A stretch of DNA of 64,000 nucleotides from an uncultured Desulfatitalea sp. (GTDB taxonomy: Bacteria; Desulfobacterota; Desulfobacteria; Desulfobacterales; Desulfosarcinaceae). Shown one piece after another: positions 19,912 through 28,531 of the stretch. A model generated the notes under the pieces. That model was not told where the DNA came from and ran no database searches. It saw nothing but the letters and a program-made list of their open reading frames with translations. The position numbers and the translations under genes are program-made. Every line of letters begins with the position of its first letter. Within the stretch, counting starts at the first letter, position 1. The stretch is from assembly GCA_963668675.2 (NCBI GenBank), contig CAXXMB010000002.1:1152001-1216000 (forward strand), written 5' to 3'.

Positions 19912-20937
19912 CTATTTTTTCAGCGCTTGACGTATCGCCGCGATCACCTCTTTGCCGTTCAAGCCTTTCTTGTCCAAATCCGCGGCATACGCTTCGATCA
20001 TCGGCGCCACCGCAGCCTCCCAGCGGGCCGCCTCCTTGGCATCGATCTCGATGGTCGTATTGCCTTGATCGAAGAAAAATTTCAACCCCTCTTTGTCACT
20101 GCTGTCCCACGCTTCGCCATGCTTGACCGCCCACTCCTTGTTGATGGCCTGAATCACCTTCTGGTCCTTGGGATCCAGGGCCTTCCATTTGGCCTTGCTC
20201 ATGACGATAAAAAACGATGTGGTGTAAGCGACCGGATAGGCCAGGGTCACATAGTCGACCACCTCGCCCAGCTTCCAGCCCTTGTTGGTTTCGATGGGGT
20301 TGGCGCATCCATCCACCACCCCTTTCTGCAGGCTCTGGTACGACTCGGGCATGGGCATGGGCACCGGCGTGCCTCCCAGCGCCTTGACCGTCTGGGCGCT
20401 GATGCCGGTCGAGCGAATTTTCATCCCCTTCAAATCCTCCAGGGTGCGCACGGCCCGATCACGCGTGTGAATCAAGCCCGGCCCGTGGGCGTGCACATAC
20501 ATCAGCTGGGTATCGGCCAGCTCTTTGGGCGTAAAGCGCTCGTATACCATGTTGGCCGCCGCCGTTGCCGTTACGCCGTCGGGATAGCCCAGCGGCAGAT
20601 CGACCGCGCCCATCACCGGGAAACGGCCGCGGGTGTAAGCAAAAGCCGAAAAGCCGATATCGGCAATGCCATCCACCACGCCGTCATAGGTCTGTTTGGC
20701 CTTGGTCAGCGTCTGGCCGGCAAAGTACTGCACCTTGACACGCCCCTCAGTGCGACGCTCCACCTCCCGGCACCAGCTTTCGGCCAGTTGGCTCTGAATA
20801 TGGGTGGGCGGGAAAAAGTTGCTGTAGGTCAACTGGGTCGAACCGGCCAACGCCGACCCCGGCCAAATCGCTCCGGCAGCAACACCGATACACAGGACAG
20901 ACAAAACCATCGCGAACAAGTGTACGCTCTTTTTCAT
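19912..20937 (-). CDS. dctP: TRAP transporter substrate-binding protein
   Basis: signal peptide; DGVVDGIADIG, GRFP, LEDLKGMKIR, LGGTPV.MPMPE.YQSLQKGVVDG. Confidence 0.93.
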   Translation of the reverse strand: MKKSVHLFAMVLSVLCIGVAAGAIWPGSALAGSTQLTYSNFFPPTHIQSQLAESWCREVERRTEGRVKVQYFAGQTLTKAKQTYDGVVDGIADIGFSAFAYTRGRFPVMGAVDLPLGYPDGVTATAAANMVYERFTPKELADTQLMYVHAHGPGLIHTRDRAVRTLEDLKGMKIRSTGISAQTVKALGGTPVPMPMPESYQSLQKGVVDGCANPIETNKGWKLGEVVDYVTLAYPVAYTTSFFIVMSKAKWKALDPKDQKVIQAINKEWAVKHGEAWDSSDKEGLKFFFDQGNTTIEIDAKEAARWEAAVAPMIEAYAADLDKKGLNGKEVIAAIRQALKK

Positions 20938-21246
20938 GTGGTTATCCTCCTCACTCTTAGCGCAATGCAGATTCGACACAACAGACGGCATGAAGGCCGA
21001 CCAAACGAGCCTTGGAAGTTACCGCGCCAACAGCTGGATTGTCAACAATGGAGGCAGGGTACGCGCACATAAAAACAATTGAACTTGAAGCAAGTTTCGC
21101 AAAATTCAGATTGTATGAAATTCGCTACACAACCAACTGCTTATGGGTATTTCATTTCTAAGATTATGAGTAGTTCACTTCATCCCATTTCGATTATATT
21201 TAATAATTATTCCTTAAAATCAATAAAATACAATGACGACAACTAT

Positions 21247-21261
21247 TGGTCCGACTATTGC
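21247..21261 (+). promoter_or_regulatory. sigma54 promoter of the PEP-CTERM gene
   Basis: TGGTCCGACTATTGC (GG-N10-GC) ~80 bp upstream of the start, preceded by an AT-rich tract. Confidence 0.6.
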
Positions 21262-21342
21262 TATACAACTTCTATATGTCGACCATAAGTCACGACACGA
21301 AACGGGAACTGAAATAAAAAAGGCATTGGACATGGAGCAGAT

Positions 21343-22035
21343 ATGAAAAAACTTACTGTAGCCGCATTAACTCTGGCACTGCTTTTAATAGGCACTAACG
21401 GGTTTGCCATCACGATTGACATTTTTAAAGCCGACAATTCGGAAAGTATAAGCGATTGGATCAGCGCTCTTAACGGCGAAACAACCGTTCTCGAGAATTT
21501 TGAAAATATAGCGACCGGTTGGTACCCGGAGCTGACCACAAAGATAGGCACTTTTACAGCCGGCGGATCTGCCGGAGGCGGCGCAACCGCCTATCCGGGT
21601 TCCGACGGCCCCCAGTTTTCGATACGCGATAAGCCGTGGTATGGTCGGGGAAACACCACCGAAGACGGGTCCAAATACCTTGACTCCGGTGACATTACCG
21701 AACTTCGGCTGGAGTTGGCGCTATCGGTAACGAATCTATTCTTCTATCTGCAGGACCCATCCGATGTCGGAGCGACCACAACTGTTGAAGCGAACGGCAG
21801 CACTTCTGAATCATATACCCTTGGCAGCCAAGCCAACAACGGCTTGTTCTTCGTCGGCATTACCTCAAATACCCCACTGGACTCCATCTATTGGATCACC
21901 AGTAACAACAACGACGGATATGGTCTGGACGACTTATCGACCGTCGCACCGGTACCCGAACCCGCCACCCTGTTGCTGCTCGGCACAGGTCTTATCGGCA
22001 TTGCAGGCATATCGAGGAGAAAGCTGAAAAAATAG
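21343..22035 (+). CDS. PEP-CTERM sorting-domain surface protein
   Basis: signal peptide; Ser/Thr/Gly/Asp-rich body; C-terminal VPEPATLLLLGTGLIGIAGISRRKLKK. Confidence 0.95.
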   Translation: MKKLTVAALTLALLLIGTNGFAITIDIFKADNSESISDWISALNGETTVLENFENIATGWYPELTTKIGTFTAGGSAGGGATAYPGSDGPQFSIRDKPWYGRGNTTEDGSKYLDSGDITELRLELALSVTNLFFYLQDPSDVGATTTVEANGSTSESYTLGSQANNGLFFVGITSNTPLDSIYWITSNNNDGYGLDDLSTVAPVPEPATLLLLGTGLIGIAGISRRKLKK

Positions 22036-22117
22036 CCTAGATCAGGGGGAAGAGGCATTTCTCAATGTTACATCTGCGCCATCGGTTCAACCCAACCGAG
22101 GCGAAATAGACCAAAAC

Positions 22118-22158
22118 AGCCAGGGCCTTTAAAAAACAGGCTCTGGCTTAGTTTTTTT
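22118..22158. terminator. intrinsic terminator between convergent genes
   Basis: agccagggcct / aggctctggct stem followed by a T-tract. Confidence 0.7.
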
Positions 22159-22181
22159 GGATGATATGGGTGATGTCTCGC

Positions 22182-22700
22182 TCAGGGCCGCACGCCCAGG
22201 GATTTGATATAGGCGATAATCTGCCAGCGCTCCTCTGCCGCGATCGTGGTGGCCAGGGCCGGTTGCCGGCCTCCGGGGATGCCATAGCTCACCTCATGAA
22301 AAATGCGGCCCGGGGAAAAATTTTGAATGCGTGCACTGCGCAGGTCACCGGGGGGAGGCGCAAAACTCTGGCCGACGGTTCCGTATCCGTCATAACCCGT
22401 CCCATGGCAGTGGACACAGTAGTAGCGATACCCCTGCTTTCCCCGTGCGATGGCACCCGCGCTGTCCAGACTGAAATCCGGTTTCAGGGTTTCGGGATCG
22501 GCCGTACGATAGAAGAGTTCACCTCCCGAGAAGGGAACGCTCACATTGGCCATCACCGGTATCGGCGCTTCATGGGGTCTGACCGCCGGCGTCTCCCACA
22601 TGCGGCCGACCTGAAGTGTCTCATCATAAAGGGTGATGGCAGCATAGGCGCCCAATAAAACTGCAATCACGATCAGGCCGACACATAAAATCCGTACCAT
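22182..22700 (-). CDS. membrane-anchored monoheme cytochrome c, ActE-like
   Basis: N-terminal TM, RMWETPAVRPHE, CVHCH, G.G.G.VG..F.PPP.DL, RWQIIAYIKSL. Confidence 0.75.
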   Translation of the reverse strand: MVRILCVGLIVIAVLLGAYAAITLYDETLQVGRMWETPAVRPHEAPIPVMANVSVPFSGGELFYRTADPETLKPDFSLDSAGAIARGKQGYRYYCVHCHGTGYDGYGTVGQSFAPPPGDLRSARIQNFSPGRIFHEVSYGIPGGRQPALATTIAAEERWQIIAYIKSLGVRP

Positions 22701-22704
22701 CTCT

Positions 22705-22932
22705 CTACTCCCCCTTATCGCCTCGGACGTGTTGCGGATAGGGCAACAACCGGTACACGGCATAGGGTGACGAGGCGGGCACATCCGGGACCGGCCGATA
22801 GGCCCAGGTGGGTTGTCCCATGTCCGACACCACGAAAAAAGAGAAGAGCCCCTTGAACAGGATGATAGCCAGCATGACGGCCAGCCATTTCCAGGTTCGC
22901 CATATGGATTCAGTATGTTCGATATGTGCCAT
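22705..22932 (-). CDS. small single-TM hypothetical protein in the oxidase module
   Basis: 75 aa, one TM, Pro/Tyr-rich tail; packed tightly between its neighbours; GGAG RBS. Confidence 0.65.
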   Translation of the reverse strand: MAHIEHTESIWRTWKWLAVMLAIILFKGLFSFFVVSDMGQPTWAYRPVPDVPASSPYAVYRLLPYPQHVRGDKGE

Positions 22933-22934
22933 GG

Positions 22935-23210
22935 CTATATTTTCACTCCCAACATCCCGTGCATCAGGATGTAAAAAAAACCCCAAATAAAGACGCCGGC
23001 TATGATCATGGTCATCACCAGGGGATAGGGTGCATTGCGGTCCTGAATACCTTCTCGGAAGCGCCCTACGATCTCGGTCATACGCCGCTGCGCATTTTCG
23101 GTACGGAAATGAGCAAAGGAGAGGGCCACACCGAAAACCAGCATAAAAAGCAGGCCGACGAAGATGTATCCCATCACGTGCTGAAAGTTGAGAAGGGCAA
23201 ATAGTCTCAT
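22935..23210 (-). CDS. small 2-TM protein resembling the CcoP N-terminal segment
   Basis: EGIQDRNAPYP..IW.FFY resembles CcoP_N DGIEEYDNPLP..; GGAGG RBS. Confidence 0.6.
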   Translation of the reverse strand: MRLFALLNFQHVMGYIFVGLLFMLVFGVALSFAHFRTENAQRRMTEIVGRFREGIQDRNAPYPLVMTMIIAGVFIWGFFYILMHGMLGVKI

Positions 23211-23300
23211 GCTTCCCTCCAGTCGTTTTCGGTTAACAGGACCTGACCGTCGGCCCAATTCGATTTTGGGCTAAAACGGCAACCCGCCCGCCCCGAACAG

Positions 23301-23561
23301 TTACTTGCTGAAATAGAGTGCATACAGCAACATTGCCGCACTGGCGGCCAACCCGGCAGCCGCCAGGAAGAAGAGGCCGTACACTTCAACCCGATGGGCT
23401 CGGGAGGCCTTTACCGAAGTTGCACCATCATCGTCCCGCAGCGGCAGAAAGCGGGCACGCTGCTGATCCTGGAACTGCCCGCTCTTCAACGCCCAGAAAA
23501 ATAGAACCAGGCTCACAACCAGGCCGATGCTGATGTATGCTATGAAATAAGGAAAATACAT
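23301..23561 (-). CDS. ccoS: cbb3 oxidase maturation protein CcoS/FixS, C-terminally extended
   Basis: FFWALKSGQFQD..RA motif plus a second TM. Confidence 0.8.
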   Translation of the reverse strand: MYFPYFIAYISIGLVVSLVLFFWALKSGQFQDQQRARFLPLRDDDGATSVKASRAHRVEVYGLFFLAAAGLAASAAMLLYALYFSK

Positions 23562-23604
23562 GATTCTTAGCTGTCAAATCTCCAATATTTATTCGAATCG
23601 AATT

Positions 23605-24540
23605 TTAAGGCTCATAAGAAGCGTCTATCCCCTTGGGCTCCGCATTGGCGTCGCTCTGATTGATAAAATAGACCGCCACGTAGTTGCCCACATCCCATAT
23701 TTTCTCCGACTCGAGATCCTTTTTGAAGTACGGCATGGCGGTACCGGTGATGCCGTTCATGATCTGGTAATAGAGAATTCCACCGCTCACCTCGCGATTC
23801 TTCAGGATCGTGAAGTTGAGCGGTGGTGGATAGATCCACGGTTGCGCCGGCCCCATACCGTCGCCCACCGGCCCGTGGCACCCCAGGCAAAAATCCTGAT
23901 AGATCTTCTGTCCCCGGGCCAAACCCGCTTCTGTCGTAGGATAGGGGTTGGGGATATCGCGCCAGCCCTGGGGGATATTTTCGCTGAGCCACCTCACGTT
24001 GGCATCCGGCCCCGCTTCATAAGCAGCCACGGCTTTGGCCTTCCAGTAATTCTGGCGGACCATGCGCTTGTCCGCATCCTTGAACCCCAGGCTCTGTACA
24101 TAGCGGATAAGCTCCTCCGTCTTTGGCTCGCCCAGAAAGGCGAAGGCGGGCATCAGCGAAAGGGGTCGGGTATAACGCGGATTGGCGAAGTGGGCCCAGT
24201 GCCAGTCGTCGGGATGCTCACCGCCGGCCTGGGAGAGATCTGGGCCGGTGCGCTGGGAACCGAGCAAGATCGGATAGTCGGCCACATAGTCGCCGGCCTG
24301 GGCGATGCGTTCGGCCCCAAATCCCCAGTCGATGGTGCGGATCGATTGGCTGTGGCAGTAGACGCATCCATTGGCGATGTAGAGCTTTCGCCCGGCAGCC
24401 TCCGGATCGCTGCGCTGCCGGAAGATCTCCGAAGGCGTTGTTTTGCTGGTGTGCGCATAGGGCAGCAATATCACGACGAAAACGATGGTTGCCAGTATAA
24501 GCAGACTGCCGACGACAACGGCGAGTGGGGTCATCTTCAT
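23605..24540 (-). CDS. ccoO: cbb3-type oxidase subunit II (CcoO) fused to a second class I cytochrome c
   Basis: GRKLYIANGCVYCHSQ.IR, LGSQRTGPDL, SLMPAF; second heme CLGCH with GTAMPYF. Confidence 0.88.
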   Translation of the reverse strand: MKMTPLAVVVGSLLILATIVFVVILLPYAHTSKTTPSEIFRQRSDPEAAGRKLYIANGCVYCHSQSIRTIDWGFGAERIAQAGDYVADYPILLGSQRTGPDLSQAGGEHPDDWHWAHFANPRYTRPLSLMPAFAFLGEPKTEELIRYVQSLGFKDADKRMVRQNYWKAKAVAAYEAGPDANVRWLSENIPQGWRDIPNPYPTTEAGLARGQKIYQDFCLGCHGPVGDGMGPAQPWIYPPPLNFTILKNREVSGGILYYQIMNGITGTAMPYFKKDLESEKIWDVGNYVAVYFINQSDANAEPKGIDASYEP

Positions 24541-25898
24541 GACTGCCCTCCCCTCCCGGCCAGCAGCGACCGTACGATGTTATAAAATCCCAGCACGGCC
24601 GAACCGAAGATCAGCAAGCCCAAGCCGGCCCGCGTGGCATAGTAGACATGTATCTCGGGCAGCACCCGATAGACCGTTTCACCGTTAAGCCAGGCATTGC
24701 CCTGGATCAACCCGGCGATGGTCAACACGATGGTAAAACCCACCACACCGATCAACACCAGCCAGTATTGAAAATCGGCCAGAAAGCGGCTGAAGAGCGG
24801 TTTGCCGGTCAACTTGGGAATGGTGTAGTAGAGGCCGCCCAGGGCGATCATGCCGGCAAACCCCAACACACCGATATGGGCATGGGCCACCACCCAGTTG
24901 TTGAAGTGGGTCACCCGCTGCACATCAGGCAGTGCCATGAACGACCCTTGTATGCTGACGAAAAAGTACATGATGGTCCCGGTGAAGACAAACTTCGCAC
25001 CGATGTCGGCATGAATCTCCCCCAGCTTGCCTTTGGCCGTGTACCAGATATTGATGAGGAAAGCCATTACCGGTATCACCATGGCGATACTGTCTACGAT
25101 AGCCACCACCTTGAGCCAGGTAGGGACCGGCACCTGCAGCAGATGGTGAGTGCCGATATGAGTATAGACCACGATCAGCGACCAGAAACCGAGCAGCGAC
25201 AAGGTGTGGCTGTAAAGCGGGTTGCGCGTCGCACGGGGGATAACGTAGTAGGCCACCCCGGCCGACAGCGGCGTCAGCAGCAATCCGAATACGTTATGAC
25301 CATAAAACCACAGTAGAATGGCATCCGGAATACCCACCAGGGCCCCGCTATCGGGCCGCCAGATCACGTTGCCCAAGGCGTAAGTGCTGGCCGTCAGAAT
25401 GCATCCGGCCAGGACGTACCAGACCGAGACATACAGGATGGACTCCTTGCGGTGCTTGACCGTCATAATGAAGTTGTAGAAAACCAGCAAAAAAGCAGCC
25501 ACAAACACCACATCGATGATCCAGATCAGTTCGGCGTACTCCCGTCCCTGGGTAAAACCCATCGCCAGGGTCGCCACCAGGGCGATCAGCGCACCGTTCC
25601 AGGCCGTCACCGTAAAGAGGCCCAGGCGTTCGCTGTAGAGTCGAGTGCCCAAAAGACGCGGGATGTAGTAGAAGGCCGCGCCCAAGAGACCCGGCGTGAC
25701 AAACCCGAACAGCACCAGGTTGACATGGGTGGGGCGCACCCGGCCAAAGACAATGCCGCCCATATTCTCCGTTATATCAGGCGCCATCAGTTCAGTTGCC
25801 CCCAACAACCCATAGAAGGTCGCCACCATCATCCAGAAACCGGAGGTCAGGCAGAAGGCCTTCGCCGTATGGTAATTCAATGGGGATTTATCTTCCAA
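24537..25898 (-). CDS. ccoN: cbb3-type (C-family) heme-copper oxidase catalytic subunit
   Basis: GRVRPTH, GREYAE, WFYGHN, YYVIP, Y..IGTHH, W..AHAH: six His ligands plus the helix VII Tyr; TTG start. Confidence 0.88.
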   Translation of the reverse strand: MEDKSPLNYHTAKAFCLTSGFWMMVATFYGLLGATELMAPDITENMGGIVFGRVRPTHVNLVLFGFVTPGLLGAAFYYIPRLLGTRLYSERLGLFTVTAWNGALIALVATLAMGFTQGREYAELIWIIDVVFVAAFLLVFYNFIMTVKHRKESILYVSVWYVLAGCILTASTYALGNVIWRPDSGALVGIPDAILLWFYGHNVFGLLLTPLSAGVAYYVIPRATRNPLYSHTLSLLGFWSLIVVYTHIGTHHLLQVPVPTWLKVVAIVDSIAMVIPVMAFLINIWYTAKGKLGEIHADIGAKFVFTGTIMYFFVSIQGSFMALPDVQRVTHFNNWVVAHAHIGVLGFAGMIALGGLYYTIPKLTGKPLFSRFLADFQYWLVLIGVVGFTIVLTIAGLIQGNAWLNGETVYRVLPEIHVYYATRAGLGLLIFGSAVLGFYNIVRSLLAGRGGQS

Positions 25899-25940
25899 TC
25901 GAGCATATCTCCTGTCCCCCGTTTCCCGGGAGAGTTTAAC

Positions 25941-26056
25941 GTATGAAAGTGTAAAGTTTAAAGTGTTGAAATTCCGTCATTTTAGATGATGGCGGCTTCA
26001 TCTGCATCTAAATAGATAAGAACCTCGACTTTCCGACTTTCATACTTTTTTACTTT
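25941..26056. repeat. imperfect inverted repeat built from AAAGT/ACTTT units
   Basis: gtatgaaagt..aaagt..aaagt left arm; acttt x4 incl. actttcatac right arm; inner tttagatg/catctaaa stem. Confidence 0.6.
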
Positions 26057-26130
26057 CCATCTTATCATCTGTTTCTATCCCTATTTTCACCGGTAAATCA
26101 CACTTTTCCAAAATACAGGACGACAAAGGA

Positions 26131-26760
26131 TTAGCTGTGACACGCCAACCAGCAATCCAGATTCACCTTCTTTGCCCGATGACACTCAATGCAAAACCCC
26201 ATCTTGAAACGTAGCCCTTTGAGACGGTCCATCTGTTGTACCTCTCCATGACACTCCTCGCAGGCGATCTCCTTTCTAATATGGCGCTTATGGTTGAACA
26301 GGACATGCTCGGGCAGATAAAAAACCTTCACCCAGGGAGTGGGCGTGTCGGTATTATAGTAATGGTGCTCTTTCTGAATCTCGGGGTGATTGGCAATGAT
26401 ATAGTTGTGACAAAAGAGGCATTTTTCCACCGGCGGCAAACCTGGATGAAGGGAGCGCTCCACATAAGGATGGCAGAATCGGCAGTCGATCGCTTTGTGC
26501 CCGGCGTGCAATCGATGGCTGAAAGGTATCGGCTGTGCGGCACCGACCCGCGTGGCGGGGGACGCATAGAAGAAGAATAGAAAGCCCAATACGAGCAAAA
26601 CAGATGCAGCCACCCAGAAGAGCGGCCCCCGATTCGCCCAGATCAACTGCACACTCTCGCCAAAGGCCGTGAAAAACCGCATGGGGTGTCCCTTTGTGCC
26701 GATCAGTATGGCGACCGTCAGCAAGGTGAGCAGGGAAAAGGAGGTGATCAAGATCTCCAT
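26131..26760 (-). CDS. pentaheme cytochrome c, ActA/QrcA-like
   Basis: N-terminal TM; QPIPFSHRLH; CRFCH, CLFCH, CEECH, MGFCIECH, CWLACH. Confidence 0.88.
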   Translation of the reverse strand: MEILITSFSLLTLLTVAILIGTKGHPMRFFTAFGESVQLIWANRGPLFWVAASVLLVLGFLFFFYASPATRVGAAQPIPFSHRLHAGHKAIDCRFCHPYVERSLHPGLPPVEKCLFCHNYIIANHPEIQKEHHYYNTDTPTPWVKVFYLPEHVLFNHKRHIRKEIACEECHGEVQQMDRLKGLRFKMGFCIECHRAKKVNLDCWLACHS

Positions 26761-27977
26761 CAGCGATGATCCTCCAGCCGGTTTTGCAGCGCCATCGGGA
26801 ACTGCCTCAAATAGAAAAGCACGGCCGCCATCAGAAGCCCCAGAAACCCAATCGCCACCGCCGGATCGATCCAGCTCAGCGGCAGGGTTTCGACATGGTG
26901 ATGAAATACCGGCCCGAGCAGTAGAAAATGCTCCAGCCACATTCCCACGATCACCACGCTGCAGATTACGATCATGGCCGCCGGTATGGTTTTAATGCGT
27001 TTGTTAATCAGGATCAGAAAGGGTCCGATAAAGCAGATCGCCAGGACAGTCCAGGCCAGCACGTTCCAGGGTGCCGTCATGGTCCGCTCGATGACGTAGG
27101 CGGTCTCCTCGGATATGTTGCCGTACCAGATTACGACAAATTGGGCATAGAAAAAGTCGGCCCATACCAAACCGAATGCAAAAAAGAGTTTGCCGATATC
27201 GTGAAACTGGGAGGATTCGAGGGTAAAGGCACTGCGGCGACTCATATGCAGCACCGCGGCGGTGATGATCAGGGCGCCGAAGCCCACATAGATGGCCTTG
27301 ACAAAAGAGTAGGCGCCGAACAGGGTCGAATACCAGTGCGGGTCCATGCTCATCACCAGATCGTATCCGAGCAGTGAGAGCACCACGGCGAAAACAAACA
27401 TATAAAGCATGGCCAATACCGTGGCGCGCCGCTGGTAGCGTTCACGTTCCGGCGGATGGCCCCGCCACCGCCGGCCAAGCCACTGTGACAGTGGGCCACC
27501 GCTGCTTTGACCGCCCCGTTTCAGCCACAAGGCATGGTACAGATAGGCAATTCCCAGACCATAGAGCAGTAAAAGACCGACCATATTCCGTGAAAAGAGA
27601 AAGGGCATATTGAGCCACGCCTCTTTGCCGTGCAGGTCGTGCCCTATCCACGGGAAGAGATGCTTCTGCCCAATGAAAAGAACAAAAAACAGGATAAGAG
27701 AGACCGGAAAAAAGGAGGTAAATGCTTCGGCCAAGCTGGCCAGAGGCCCGCTCCAGCGTGCCCGCACCACATGCATGAGCGTGGAGAAAAGCACGGCGCC
27801 ATGGGCGATGGCGGAAAAAAGCAAAAAGCTCACCAGGTAGGACTGCCAGGCCCGGGCAGCGTTCTCACCCACCGCCTGGGAGACGAATGCGACCAGACCT
27901 GCCGCCGTCAGCAGGCTGCAGAGCGCAACTGGCAGTGCTGATCGGCTGGGAGAAGAAGAGGGCAAGTTGGTATTCAT
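26760..27977 (-). CDS. ACIII membrane subunit ActF-like (NrfD paralog)
   Basis: AWQSYL, ARWS, LFPW, AWLN..F..R, DLVMSMDPHWYSTLFG, HDIGKL, QFVVIWYGN..EE. Confidence 0.85.
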   Translation of the reverse strand: MNTNLPSSSPSRSALPVALCSLLTAAGLVAFVSQAVGENAARAWQSYLVSFLLFSAIAHGAVLFSTLMHVVRARWSGPLASLAEAFTSFFPVSLILFFVLFIGQKHLFPWIGHDLHGKEAWLNMPFLFSRNMVGLLLLYGLGIAYLYHALWLKRGGQSSGGPLSQWLGRRWRGHPPERERYQRRATVLAMLYMFVFAVVLSLLGYDLVMSMDPHWYSTLFGAYSFVKAIYVGFGALIITAAVLHMSRRSAFTLESSQFHDIGKLFFAFGLVWADFFYAQFVVIWYGNISEETAYVIERTMTAPWNVLAWTVLAICFIGPFLILINKRIKTIPAAMIVICSVVIVGMWLEHFLLLGPVFHHHVETLPLSWIDPAVAIGFLGLLMAAVLFYLRQFPMALQNRLEDHR

Positions 27978-28531
27978 GTCGTCCGCCCTCCTCGAGCCGT
28001 TTTTCCCGTTGGCTCTTTTAAATCGTCATCAGTCTTGATCTCCGCCCCTTTGGCCTCGAAAAAGTGGCGCAACCCGCTCTTCTCACCAGTGCTGCAACTG
28101 GCCAGGATCCCGAATTTGTGGCCGGTAAAGCGGGGGTCATACAAATCGGCAGTCTCAAAACGCGGAAGTCTGGCCTGGGAGATCAACCCCAGCACATTGC
28201 CTATGACGGCAAATAGAATCGTGAACTCGAACCCCACGATCACAAAGGGAACCAACGCCACTATGGGCTTGCCGCCGACGATCAAACTCCAGCGGGTCGC
28301 CGTAAAAGCGGCAAAAAGAAAGCCGGTAAAAAAGCCGGTAATGCCGCCGGCCAGGGTGAACCAGCCCAACTTGCTTTTGGGCAGTTTAAGCGCGTCGGCT
28401 ATCGTGTGGCTGGGGATGGGGCTGTGCACCCGCTCCAGCGTAAAGGCGGTATTGCGAAGCCCCCGTATGGCCGAAGCGGTCTGCTCTTCGGTGCTGAAGA
28501 TCCCCATAATGGATGCACGATCAGTCGGCAT
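27974..28531 (-). CDS. ACIII subunit ActD-like (DUF3341)
   Basis: HSPIP, two TM, W.LIVGGKP, FEFTILFA, YDPRFT..KF; AAGGAGG RBS. Confidence 0.88.
   Translation of the reverse strand: MPTDRASIMGIFSTEEQTASAIRGLRNTAFTLERVHSPIPSHTIADALKLPKSKLGWFTLAGGITGFFTGFLFAAFTATRWSLIVGGKPIVALVPFVIVGFEFTILFAVIGNVLGLISQARLPRFETADLYDPRFTGHKFGILASCSTGEKSGLRHFFEAKGAEIKTDDDLKEPTGKTARGGRTT

Noticed and set aside
17710..21072. Long plus-strand ORFs (533 and 515 aa); similar ones at 8268, 28035, 37282 and 43528
   Set aside because: Antisense shadows of well-supported genes in GC-rich DNA
24537..25898. Calling the oxidase a cNOR/qNOR nitric oxide reductase
   Set aside because: It has WxYGHN and the helix VII Tyr rather than HLWVEG, and ccoO and ccoS are adjacent
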